The notes beneath the pieces are model-generated. The model worked only from the letters and a program-made list of their open reading frames with translations. It did not search any database and had not been told where the DNA came from. A stretch of 58,657 nucleotides of DNA, filler included, from Sphacelaria rigidula (lineage: Eukaryota), in NCBI GenBank assembly GCA_964200075.2. It is 6 parts of 6 records of this genome, joined end to end, with 100 filler letters (N's around TTAATTAATTAA, not from the genome) between each part and the next. Parts side by side here need not be neighbours in the genome. Positions count along the whole stretch, not along the records: positions 1 to 9,695 come from CAXNAA020007949.1; positions 9,796 to 19,489 come from CAXNAA020007950.1; 4 more parts are not named here. One strand, given 5' to 3'. Of this stretch, positions 1-11,524 are shown piece by piece (within the stretch, counting starts at the first letter, position 1; the number at the start of each line of letters is the position of its first letter). A program made the translations under genes and the position numbers.

Positions 1-2278
1 CAGTGGATTCTGGAGAAGTCCCTCACTGAATAGCCCTCTTGTCCAGATCGTCTGGCAGAGGCTATAGTTCACAGCCTCGTCCTAACGGCCGAGCACTTGT
101 CTGAACCTTGCACGGGAGCAGACCGGCGGTCAAGGCAAGTAAGTTCCCACGTGTTTTTGCTGTTTGGTACCAAAAGGGCGTGATTGTGCGTCTATAGTGG
201 CTAAGTCGTCGGTTAAAAATTCAATAAGGGTGCCCTCAAATGACAATTCGGCAACAAAAAAAAATGGAGCCGGCATTGATGGAATAGCCATCACTATTAC
301 ACCTTCATTTCTCGTGCGCGAAGCACGATGGTGTCTTTCGCGTCCACCTTGTCTACCGTGCATTTTTTTCACTGTAGCCTGCTATAGTAGTGAAGGCACG
401 GTACAATAGCATACAAGTAGGAAGCGAAACGCCATCATTACTCATTTTGCGCGAGCAGACACTGTGGCAACCGCCTCCTGACTCAAACAGTCCGGCAGCT
501 TACACTACTAGCAAACGAAACGACAGCACCCCTCAATGTTTCAAGTACTGTTCGTCACGTCGTCATCGACACATGGATTCGCAGAGCTTTGGGCCACCCG
601 ATCTGTACAACTCAGCTGCTGTTATTTAGATCTACATCGACTCTACAGCACAGCCAACGCTGTTGGGCAACGCATAGTGGTGCTTCACCAAACTAAACAC
701 AGTGCTAGCACCCCCCCGCCACCGGGCGTGTTTCGGCGAAATGGAGTTTTGTAGCTATGGCTCCTGAGAATTGATTGTAGGTGCGATCTATATCATTATA
801 TGAACGATCCATTGGTTGTTGAAAACTTTGGTAATTCGATGAGTGATGATTCCATGTATCGACGTATCGATACTAGCCGATACCTGATACATATTTTTAC
901 TCTCTGGGCCTCCTACGCCAGTGTCTGCTGAACAAATCTGGTTTAATATTTTGAGAGCAGCAATTTACCTCCGATGAATTTGCGATTTACCCGGGAAAAC
1001 ACGTGTGGACTACCCGAATTTACATTTGGCTGGACGCCTCCATGTTTCTGTTCAGCAACGCGATACCCGTACGGTAAGCAAACGGCATAAACACGTGCGA
1101 ATTTTCCACAATATTTGGGTTCACGCCTCCATATTCATGTGCGGTGATCCGGGGTACCCCCAAGCAAACGACGTGTACCTCCATCACCGATTGAAAACGC
1201 GCGTGGAGTACATTCAATACCGTATGATGCGTCATAGTGCACGATATTACATGCAGCGTGTTATCAATATTAGGAGGAAGAGCAGGAGGAGTTGTCGCTG
1301 GGACGGACACCTCCTTCAGTAGCAGCCGAAGTTTGCACCCAAGGTTCATCGTCCGTAACGTAGCATCGGCAAGACATCACTCGCTTGATGATAGACAGCG
1401 TTGACATCGAGTATACTGCGTACTGTGTCGAACCGAATGTCTAAAGTGCGATAGGCAATAGATTCCATAATGTACGAAGTACAGTTTTTGCCAATGTAAT
1501 CCGTTGTCCATGGTGTGCAAGACATACTCTACCTATGTGGCTGTTTCCGTGTGTGCCTCAGCTTTTTTAATTCATGGCACAGGCACACCACGCCAGGGCT
1601 GGGGGAATGGGTACAAGCTGAATTCAGGAGAAAAAACAAAATAATAAAATGCAGAAAGGAAAGCCGTCTTCCCACCGAAACAGGATCCCCCGCCTTAGGC
1701 GTTTGTGTTGGTTGACAAGCTTTGCATCATGACTTCCACAAGCCGTCGACTGGGCGATGTGATCGACGTCGTTTTGGTGTGTATATGTCATGTTCCGAAG
1801 TATTTTCTTTCGGTTGTCCTCTTTGTGCCTGTTCCACCTTTCTGTTTTCTTCACTTCCCTTCGACGAGTGTTTCCGTTTTGTTTTTTTACGTCGTGTACG
1901 TGTATCATATGGATGATGACCACGACTGGATGGATCCCTGAGAGGTCAGTTAGCCCTTTTGGAACCGGTGATTAAAAAATGACGATTTACGATTGACGTT
2001 TTCTGGGGCAAAATATGTTTTTTCTTTCTGAAACTGTTGATAATGCAGCCCCACCAAGACGGCGCACCACTCGAAGTTCATTTATTCAAATGTGACAGAT
2101 TCGTGCACGGAACTCGAAGTGACTGTTTTCCGGTGACGAAAACCCGCATATGGGAGTTGTCCTGTCACCCACGAGTTCCAAAAGAGTCAACGTGGACAAG
2201 TAAAAATAAAAAAGACAACGAATCATCAACTAAGTACGCTGAGAAGTGTTCCCTCCATCTTTTATGCTTGTTATGCAG

Positions 2279-5200
2279 AGGCACATGGACGACAAGCGGT
2301 TTGAGCGAGAGCTAAAGAACAAAGAAATCCTCCAGGAGCAGGCAGACCATGGGGCCAGCAAGGCCTCGGACCAGGTACTTACTGTAAGGAAAGGCCTGTA
2401 CTCTAGTTGAAAACAATATATCAAACAAATGAAGTGTGAGGGGAAGTTGGTCTAACGATAGACATCGGTCGATGGATCGACTGACTGAGAGTCGGTTTGA
2501 CCCTTTTGACCGCTAGCATTAGATCATCGGTTGAATCAGCACCATTTTCACTTGAAAAGTTGGTGTACGACCAGATGCCCTATCCTCGCGGTCAAAGGGT
2601 CAACCGTTGGACAGCGAGTGTCGCCTCGGAACGGTTTCAAGGGTCGGACGAAGCAATGATTCGTCTGGAATTCCTTGATTTTGTTGTGATTGGTTCGTAC
2701 CGTACGAATTAACCCTTAGGCTTTGTTTTCAGCGTCGCAACCCCAAATGTGGCATAGTCCAACTCAGTCCACCTGCGGGGCGGTCGCTGTCTAAGGGTTA
2801 CGGCATGAAAATTGCTCACCGTGGATAATCACGAAAGAGGTTGGCAAAACGTGTACTGCGCACCGGGCACAGTTACTGTCGCACTTATGCCTCACGTGTT
2901 TCTTTATCCGTTCATTCATGTTGTTCACATGACCGGTATCTATTATATACTTCCATCCAACATTTCACAGGTCGGACAGCTCATGAGCTAGCTACCTGAA
3001 AGATCTAACCGTGAATTACTCTTAGATCCCTCGTCCAAGAACACAAAAGTACGTGACAGCGGGGTCCGAGAAGCCAAGAAGCGCTACAGTGTACACGTTT
3101 GCACACCCTGGATGATGACAATAGGTTGCATCGTCAAAAAGTGTACTGCGCACAGTATCGACTATTGCGCTTATTGCAACAGATATAAGATTCCATACTG
3201 TACGCAGTACAATTTTTTACAATATTATGCGTTGTCATCATCCAGAGTGTGCACGTTAGCGCTAATCCGCGTGCTCGGTCCGCTGTGGAGAGCAAAAAAA
3301 TGGGAAAACGAGCCAAATTAGCCATTATAGCTCATGTTCCGGATCAGTACACCAACGTGATCGTCATCTTTAGGTAGCTCATGAGCTGTCGGACGGATGC
3401 AACATTTAGGGGGCGAGATACTATTGATGAACTTCAACATTACCTTTGTTTTTTTCCTTTTTTTATTTTTTCTTTCTTTGGATTGTTTTTTTTTCTTCAT
3501 TTTTATTTTTTCTTTGCTGTTTTCCTGGCTGGAACAAAAATTGCAGGCCCCCAGTGCGACGTATGACGCGTTCATGCGCATGCAGACAGGGCAGGAGACT
3601 CGCACCATCGCCGACAAGATCAACGATCCGAACCGAGTGTCTTGGGAGCAGTTCCGTAAGGTGGCGATCGTAGTTGTATACATACCAGGGTTAGGGAAGT
3701 TGCATGCGGCCTTACGCTGGCGCAGATATTTTGGAAAAATAGCGCGCAGCGCAGATTTTTCGGAGGAGGTTCTGCGGCTTGCCGCAGAAAAAAAATGGGC
3801 TGCATTTGTTTCGCCGAAGGCGTTTTGGGGGGGGGGGCGGGGGGGGGGGCTTTTTTGGGTAAACTTACAGTGTTTTTGTAAAGGAAAAGCCTGCGCAAGC
3901 GCAAAACCAGAAGCCCAAACTTTTCTGACCCTGATACATACGTACACTTCTTGACTAGTATCATACTACCTACACACAGATGATTGATTCATTGATTGGT
4001 TGGTTAGTTGCAAGGGGGCGGATGAATTTACCATTCGTCTGGAAATTACTTGATTTTTGTCTAATTGAGTCGCACCGTATGAATCAATCCTTTGGCTTTC
4101 TTCACAGCGCCGCAACCAATCCCTGAGGTGCGCGCACCCCAGGCACGTGAAGTGGCGCAAAAATTGCGCACCCTGTACTATACGTGGCAACTAATACACT
4201 AGAACTTCGATTTACTTGGCAACTAGGGACAAAAATGACATGTTGACCCTCTTGGGACCGAACTCCCAGAAACATGGTGTTTGCACGCAAGGGCCTTGTT
4301 GTGAATCGGCGTCATTTTTACTTGAAAACGACTGAAAATGGTCCCGATTCACAAAAAGACCCCTGCGTGCAAACACCATGTTTCCAGGAGTCCGGTCCCA
4401 GAAGGGTTAATAATACGACCGCGGGCCATAGCCACGGGGGCGAATTTTGCGCCATCTCGCGCTGCTGCGCGCAGCACATTGGGAGCAAGACCGGTTTGAG
4501 CGCTAGTTAGTTGTCTGAATAATCGCAACTACGTAGTTGACCGGGCACATTATCCGCAAGTAAAGCTCAAGTGAACTAGATAGGTGTACAGGGTGTGGAA
4601 AAATGCGCGGAGTCTTTTTTTTACAAACGGTCAACTTTTTTTTCTCTTATTCGAGTAATCAGTAGGCTTTTACTTATTATGCTAGCACGGTTTTACTTAA
4701 TAGCGACCCAACATCATTCTCGAGATGAACGAATTCTTCAAAAACCGTGCTAGCATGATGAGTAAAAGCCTAGTAATCAGGCCTCAAAAACCGTGGATTT
4801 GGTCGTTCGAACCGGCGATGATTCGTCCGAACCGTAGGTCGTTAGTTGGTTGGTTGGTTGATGATCGCACGCTGAACGATGGTCGAGGAATCCAGCCGTG
4901 GTCTTTGGATGAAAAATATACGTACGTACTCGAGGTGAAGAAAACGGCATCGCCTGGTAGAAGAGAACATCTCGAGGGGGAGTAGGCAGGAAGAAAAAGA
5001 AAAGGTAAACCGAAGGAAGTGAGCTATAATTAAGAAAAACGATGAGTCCAACCAAATCGGAACAGGAAGACAAAAAGAGGAGAAGGGGAAAGGAAAAAAA
5101 TTGAAACGGAAAGGGAAAGAAAGGAGGATGATACGGCACAACAACAAAAAACGGTCCGAATAAAAATAAAACAGGTAGAAATTATGACGAGAGGAAGAAA

Positions 5201-7506
5201 AAGATGAAATAAAATAAAATAAAACGAATGTGATGTGATGTTGTCAACGCGGATATTACGCCTTTTGTTTTATTTCGTTTTTTTTTTTTGTCTTTTGATT
5301 TCCTTCGGGCCTGTCTCGTATAATTAGTGAAGCCATCGTTTACTGTTCGTATTGTGTCTATCGTGCGTCTTTTTTTTTTTCCCCGAGAAAGTGTTTCGTC
5401 CGCAAATACGGGGTTCGAAGAGTCATACTCCATCCTACGGAGGGGAGGAGAGAACGAGGGGTGTACTGATGATCTTGCATCCCGTAGTCATGAGACCATT
5501 GATCTTGCATCCCTTCATTCAAAACCGGGACGGAGCACGCCGGGTTTTCGCCGGACCAGGCTCGCAGGTCTCGAGAGCGAAGCGCCGTTATGTGTTCGGC
5601 GAGTCGCATGAGGGGTGACCTGCATCCTGCCAAGATTGCTCGGGTCTTAGCACAGTAATTATCTTGTATACGGAGGACAGTCTCGAGTGAGTTGCTTCAT
5701 TTTTTAGCATCGCCACTTCCACAGACAGCCACGGGTTCCGCACTGCCTTATTTGTGTCTGTCTCACCATATGTGATGGGAGGGGGGGAGGGATGGGGTAC
5801 TCATTTGCCCTGCCTTACTGATTTGACCGTTGACCACGCATCCCTTTCGAAACGGGAATGGGGTGGGGTGGTGCGGGGGGGGGGGGTCAGCTATTTCTTG
5901 CACGGAAATACTACTTCGAATCGTCGTCGAAAGCAGCAGCTTTTGCTCGAACGCTCGTGGTACAGTACCAACGAGACACTTTCATCAATACTGCTTGACA
6001 CCGTTTTGGCCGAAATACAAGCACACACTGCGAGTGCGTTAGGTTATCTGACATCACTATGAGCTCCTGTTTTCCGTGGAGTCGAACACCCGCCTCTCCC
6101 CTATCTTTCAAAGAGAGTAGAAAGTGGGAAGGGTTTTTCCGTGTGGAAAGGGAAAAGGTGAGCAGCAAATGAGTACGACCCCCAACCCCTATCGCATCAT
6201 GGTCCGGCGAAAACCCGGCGTGCTCTGTCCCGGCTTGTTACGGATGCGGGGTCAATGGTCAGATGACTACGGCATCAAGATCATGAGCACACGCCCCCCT
6301 ATCGCGTCTCCACTCCGCACTAAAACTCTTCTTGTTTTATGCATGTTAATAAATCGTTTCAATTTTGAGTACCCCGCAGTCAAGACAGTTTCAACTGACT
6401 CGCTTTTAGTTTTTTTTCTTTTTCCCAGTGATCATTGTCACTGAGGGATAGGCTTTTACCTACTTCCTCCGTCCCATAAGTAAAGGTACCTAACTTTGTA
6501 CGGGCCCTTATCGATGTCCGATCTTCTTTTCTTTTTCAATAAAGTCTACGGTGTTTTTTGGGTCGAGAAAATGTGTTTCAAATTTGCAGCTCGTGCTTCA
6601 ACCATGCCACCGAACGACTGCAAAAAAAGTAGTCGGCCCCAAAATGGCCGTTTTTTGCCCCTTTCCCAGGGAAAAATAGTGTCGATTTTTATGTTTTATT
6701 TTTTTAATCGCCCCCGCCCTCACCGGGGCTTGCTGCCAGGAAGTCCCACGCGATTGAAAAAAACCAGGAAAAAAAAAATCGACACTTCTTGTCCCCTCGG
6801 AAAGGGGCAAAAACGGTCATATTTTGGGCCGACTACTTTTTTTGCAGCCGTTCGGCGGCAAGGTTGAAGCACGAGCTGCAAATTTCGAAAAACACTTTCT
6901 TAACCAAAAAAACACCGTAAAGTTCATTAAAAAAAAAAACGATCGGACATCGTCAACCCTTAGACCGCGAGATTAATCTTTCTGGATCATGCATATTTTT
7001 TTTCACTTGAAATTGATGCTGATTCAACAGAAGACTAACCTCGCGGTCTAAGGTTTAAGGGCCCGTACAAATTTAGGTACCTTTACTTACGGGACAGAGG
7101 AAGTATTATGCTAGCACGGTTTTACAAAAAAGCGACCCAATATTATTTTCATGATGAACGAATTTTTCGAAAACCGTGCTAGCATATTAAGTAACAGCCT
7201 AGGGAGGGAGTACTTGAATCTCGGAGTCCCAAAGGGGTTTTAATTATTTCACCGTTTTTCATTCTTCATAAACAATCGTGTCAAAATTCAGTACTTTCAC
7301 AACCAAAAGATCGACGGACTCTTTTCTTCTTTTTTTCTTCTTTTTTTCTCCCTCTGCTGTGCTTGTTTCCTACCCCGTCCAAGGATAACGCAGACAAGCT
7401 AGACATACCCGGAGCGGACCGCAAAAAAATGGTCGAGTACCGTGCTCAGCTAGATGCAGAAAGGGAGGCTGCCCTGGCAAAGGGCAGAAATCGTCCGAAA
7501 CGGAAG
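2279..7506 (+). CDS. FAM133-like protein, partial spliced gene (3' exons not found in this contig)
   Basis: GT-AG, phase-0 exons 2279-2374 (RHMDDKRFERELKNKEILQEQADHGASKASDQ; possible ATG at 2285), 3547-3660 (APSATYDAFMRMQTGQETRTIADKINDPNRVSWEQFRK) and 7384-7506 (DNADKLDIPGADRKKMVEYRAQLDAEREAALAKGRNRPKRK) join in frame. TI-D---P-R-(T/S)WE and EYR--LD-ERE resemble the FAM133 N-terminal region. Confidence 0.75.
2501..2599 (-). mobile_element. ~100-bp piggyBac-like MITE (family pB100)
   Basis: CCCTTTTGACCGC...GCGGTCAAAGGG termini with TTGA/TCAA (TTAA-like) flanks. Internal sequence is the reverse complement of the copies at 6957 and 47911/48016. Confidence 0.7.
3102..3251. mobile_element. Palindromic MITE with CACACCCTGGA termini
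   Basis: CACACCCTGGATGATGACAA...TTGTCATCATCCAGAGTGTG; related degenerate pieces at ~1375-1520 and ~2815-2890. Confidence 0.7.
3686..3933. mobile_element. hAT-type MITE
   Basis: TIRs CAGGGTTAGGGAAGTT / AACTTTTCTGACCCTG; perfect 8-bp TSD ATACATAC (3678-3685, 3934-3941). Confidence 0.85.
4247..4406. mobile_element. 160-bp foldback piggyBac-like MITE
   Basis: CCCTCTTGGGACCG...CGGTCCCAGAAGGG with near-complete hairpin; flanks TTGA / TTAA. Confidence 0.75.
4663..4772. mobile_element. 110-bp hAT-type MITE (uninterrupted copy)
   Basis: TIR TAGGCTTTTACTTATTATGCTAGCACGGTTTT and its inverse; perfect 8-bp TSD GTAATCAG (4655-4662, 4773-4780). Confidence 0.85.
5460..5860. repeat. Repeat family B (5460-5750) followed by related short family A (5795-5860)
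   Basis: B also at 6200-6298, 7640-7935, 22835-23130 and 48967-49035. A also at 7556-7622, 9645-9695, 11165-11232, 29460-29532 and 41706-41775. Confidence 0.8.
6463..7103. mobile_element. Stowaway-like (Tc1/mariner) foldback MITE
   Basis: TA-CTTCCTCCGTCCC...GGGACAGAGGAAG-TA; TA TSD; inverted arms over 200 bp. Confidence 0.85.
6957..7054 (+). mobile_element. ~100-bp piggyBac-like MITE (pB100) inside the Stowaway right arm
   Basis: CCCTTAGACCGCGAG...CTCGCGGTCTAAGGT, flanks TCAA/TTAA; absent from the matching left arm. Confidence 0.8.
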
Positions 7507-7555
7507 GTGGGTCATTTTCCAGAAATATTATGGTTTTGACGAAAACGTTCTTCAC

Positions 7556-7935
7556 GGGGGGGCTTACTCATTTGTTGCTTGCCTTAGTCGCTTGGCCACT
7601 GACCACGCATTCGTTTCGAGACATATTTCACGGGGGGGGGGGGTACTCATAATCTTGGATACCTTGGTCATATGACCATATTGATCTCGCATCCTTGCAA
7701 AGCCGGGACCGGGCACGCCGGTTTTTTGCGGGACCAGGCTCGCAATCAATCACCAAGCACGAAGCGTCGTGATGTGTTCGGTGAGTCGCATGAAGGGTGA
7801 GCTGCATCCTACTAAGATTGTTCGGTCCGAAGCGTACGGATTATCTTGCATTTGGATGATGGCCTCGAATGAGTTGCTTCATTTCTAGCATCGCCACTTC
7901 CAGAGACAGCCACGGCTTGTACACTGTCTCATGGG
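7556..7935. repeat. Repeat family A (7556-7622) followed by family B (7640-7935)
   Basis: Colinear similarity with 5795-5860 and 5460-5750. Confidence 0.8.
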
Positions 7936-8384
7936 TTTCTCATCATTTAAACACTACGTGGTACGAGTATCTCCTTTGCGCGGGGTCGAGGCTCTCTCAC
8001 CCCGCATAATCTGATGTAGCTCGACCGCCATCATGGTTACCGCGAAAAAAAGGCAAGCGCGTAAAACGAAATCGGCAACCTGGTTGCCCAGGTCACGCAG
8101 TGACTGGCGCGTTTCAAAGCGTCATCGCCAACCGATGCGAAGTGCAGGGGGGCGGAAATGGTGTCGATGAAGATTTTTCATGTGCAACGCATGTCTCGTA
8201 TGGGACCAGCTCTTCAATTGGACGGCAGATGTGCAAATCTCACGTGACTCATCTTTGAACGGGACACATTTTTTTACGTGCGTGACTTGTCATGGCTTGT
8301 CTGTGCACCGGCCTGTAGAAGTAGGGAGTCTCGTGTCACCTATTTCCGAACCGGACGGCAGACGTAGGAAATTTCACCTGAATA

Positions 8385-8780
8385 TCTTTGAACTGGGTAC
8401 TTTACAAAGATCTTCCTACCAGATGGAGCTATCTTTATATCGGGTACAGCTATCTTTGAATCGGGTGCAGCTATATCTGAAACCAGGCTGAACTATCATT
8501 TGAACAGGGTACACCTATGTTTGAACCGGGTACAACTGTCTTTGAGCGGGGCACACCAATCTTTGAACCGCGTATAACGATCTTTGCACCGGGCACAACT
8601 GCATTTGAACCGGGTACAACGATCTTCGAGCCAGGTACAAATATGTTTGAACCGGCTACAAATATCCGGAACCGGGCGCAACTGTGTTTGGACCGAGTAT
8701 AACTATATATAAACCGGGTATAACTATTGGGTACAGCTATCATTGAGCCGGGTACAGCTATCTCTCGACCGGGTACAACC
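8385..8780. repeat. 21-bp minisatellite, consensus ATCTTTGAACCGGGTACAACT
   Basis: About 17 diverged tandem units; the TTGAACCGGG motif continues dispersed to ~9620. Confidence 0.9.
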
Positions 8781-9695
8781 ACCACAGACATTACCTTCCT
8801 CGAGCTGGCGGCGGGAAAGTAGTAGAAATCTTATATGACGGGATTTGAACCGGGCAGGTGAAAGTGGGAAGCTCACGCGACTATCCTTGAACCCGGCATA
8901 GCTATGCCATGACTGTATTTGAACCAACCGGGCGAGAACAAAAGTCGTAAAAAAATGGACTCCAGCTTTGAATCGGGCGCATCGATCACATACATACGTG
9001 ACTGTCTTAAAACCCAACGGCCATGTTGATGACAGCTTGCTATCCTTGAACCGCGGGCATAGCTATCACACACATGGCCGTCCTTGAAGTGGGCTGGGGA
9101 AAAAGTATTTGAGGTGGAAATCTGGAAGTTATTTTATCTTCATCAGAGATCACTTTGGGCGGAGAAATTGTAGTGGGTTCAAAGTGTGGGAATCGCCTGT
9201 TCCTGTCCTTGAACTGGACTGGAAGAAAAATGGGAAGAAAATTGACGTGACTTTGTCTCCATCAATGGTCACTTTTGGGTGGAGTAGTAGTAGTAATGGG
9301 TTCAACGTGTTGGAATCTCGTGTTGCTGAATTTGAACCGAGTACGGTTATAATATCATATACATGGCCGTTCTTGAACCGGACTGAGATTAGAAGTGGCA
9401 AAACAAAACCCAACGTGACTTTATCTTCATCAAAGGTCACTTTGGGCGGAGTAGCAGTATTGGGGTTCAAATCCCGACAGCAGTGGTGGTCTGTTATCGT
9501 CTACAAGTACTCGACCCGCTCATGGAAAGGGTGAGGACGTGCGTACAACGCCTACAGTTCTGACCGTCTTTGATTCGGATGGAGAAGGAGGAAAGTCCGC
9601 GTGACTTGAACTTTGAGCCGGTTCGGGAACATGAAGACGCGAGTTGGGGGGGGGGGGGGGGGTACTCTTTTTTTGTTTGCCTTTGTCTTTTGACC

Positions 9696-9795
9696 NNNNN
9701 NNNNNNNNNNNNNNNNNNNNNNNNNNNNNNNNNNNNNNNTTAATTAATTAANNNNNNNNNNNNNNNNNNNNNNNNNNNNNNNNNNNNNNNNNNNN
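9696..9795. other. Artificial contig-joining linker (N44-TTAATTAATTAA-N44)
   Basis: 100-nt spacer with stop codons in all six frames; identical to the other four linkers. Confidence 0.98.
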
Positions 9796-10440
9796 GGGGA
9801 AATCACTGTTTGAGACTTGAGCCTCATCTCGAAGTTAAACCTCAATTCGCACAATTTGTTGTTACATGCGCAATTTGGATATTCACTCGTTTTCTACTGC
9901 TGTGAATGAGGCAGCTCGCGGATAGGCTGATAGTTTCCACCGCACGTAATCAATATCTCAACAACTCGCACACAGACTCGTAGCATCAGCTGGGTTTTCA
10001 GCCTAGATACATCATTTGCATTGCTTCCAACCCTGGGAGTGTTGGCGACTTCCATACCAAGTTTCATGAAACAAGGCAGACACTCGCACTGTTGCGCAGG
10101 ACAGGTATACGTGTACGGGTATACATTTGGTCCTCATAGTAACAATCATTTTTCAATAATTCGCAAAGTATATCCAGGATTTATTCATCCTTCTTCTACC
10201 CCCAAATACGTACATCGATATTTACACCAAAGGAAATAAATACTGACAGCTACTTCAGAATCACAGGAGCGCTGGAGTGAATAATAAGAGGTTTCGAAGG
10301 GTACAGGTACATGTCTCATGTTGTAACAAGAGTTGAATTTTTCAGGTGCAAAGCTGCTATAGAGAACCAATGCACCGCGCTTTCTCATTTGTTATACCTG
10401 GACCTCTACATTTTCGCATTTTGCGAAACATGGGCATTGC

Positions 10441-10748
10441 CGCGCCCCGGTGGTGTAATGGTCCGACTGTCGCCATAAGGGTGGAGAGAACGGGGGTTCG
10501 ATTCCCGATGCGTTGGGGTTTTTCTTCGTAATGTATGATTTCCATCGTGGAAAGCGTGAGAACGTGAGTAAACAGAAGTAGTTGACTGGGTTTGTGTGGC
10601 GTGAGTTGACGCGGTGCGGGAGTGCTGATCCAATCCGCGAAATCTAAAAGAAAGGCACGTACCGGGGGACAAATGGGTTGATCCCTTGAGACCACGGACT
10701 CATCCCGTGGAAGGAGAGGGGTTCAAAGTGTGAGGACAAGAAAAACAA
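10441..10748 (+). mobile_element. tRNA-derived SINE
   Basis: A box TGGTGTAATGG, B box GGTTCGATTCC, ~230-bp body and A-rich tail; colinear with 41065-41390. Confidence 0.8.
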
Positions 10749-11524
10749 TTGGGCGACATGGCTACCCATAGATCGTTGGCATGTTCACCTTTGATTGGAT
10801 ATACCTATGAAGGGATTTCAGTGGCTTCAGTGCTGCCAGTAGTGTCGTGGTAGATGACCATTTCGAGTCTCTTGACTTTATCAGCACGTAGGGATCAACC
10901 CTTTGAGTCGATTTCGCACCCTACGGTTGAGCTCTACGCAGTATCGGTGGTCGTTGAGACACATGGGAAAAGCTGGACGAAACTTGTCCAGTGCAAAACG
11001 CCCAAAGCTCTTTGTTTGTCGACCTTTGCACAAACGTGTTCAACAGTCGCTCACAATGCATATCGAATAAAATGGTTTGAGATGTTGATGAATGGTCGAT
11101 ACAGACACAACAAATGTACAGCCATGAGTCTTTCTACAATCCCCCCCCCCCCCCGAAAATACTCCGTCTCGAAAGGGATGCGTGGTCCATGGTCAAATGA
11201 CTAAGGCAAGCAACAAATGAGTACGCCCCCCCCTATCGTAGGATGACTCCTCACGCGTGGTTTGACCTGTATACTACACACGAATCATAGACCTGTTACG
11301 GAATTGTCTATACGTTCCTCTACGTGGTCAAAGCACAGTAGCACTGTGTTCACGCATTACCCATGTTGTACGTCTGGAGAGTTCAGTCGGTATAATATGT
11401 GCCAGTTGGCGTGTAACGTATGCGGAAAGACGGATGTAACAGAGTATGTCAACGTTGACGGATGTAACAGATTACGTCAGCGTTGACGTAAATAGCAAGA
11501 CCCTACATTATATTGCCGGTAAAC

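Larger units (their letters stand above)
4020..4835 (+). repeat. Dispersed repeat family C, interrupted by MITEs
   Basis: CCGTAYGAATYAAYCCT..GGCTTT and AAAACCGTGGATT..GT..TTCGAACCGGYGATGATTCGTCCGAACCGT blocks shared with 55345-56070; the first block is also at 2640-2740. Confidence 0.65.
6449..7201. mobile_element. hAT-type MITE (same family as 4663-4772) split by nested insertions
   Basis: TAGGCTTTTACC|insert|TATTATGCTAGCACGGTTTT...GTAACAGCCTA; TSD CTGAGGGA/GGGAGGGA (6/8). Confidence 0.8.

Noticed and set aside
1600-1980. Possible LINE 3' end
   Set aside because: No RT or endonuclease motif and no second copy in the window.
5600-5665. 5S rRNA-like internal promoter in repeat family B (SINE3 idea)
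   Set aside because: Only scattered short matches (GTGCT, AGGATG, GGT.ACC), not conserved across copies.
10441-10520. tRNA gene (likewise 41065, 29960, 45460, 38920)
   Set aside because: A and B boxes are present, but I could not fold a cloverleaf or acceptor stem; most heads continue into a shared repeat body, as SINEs do.
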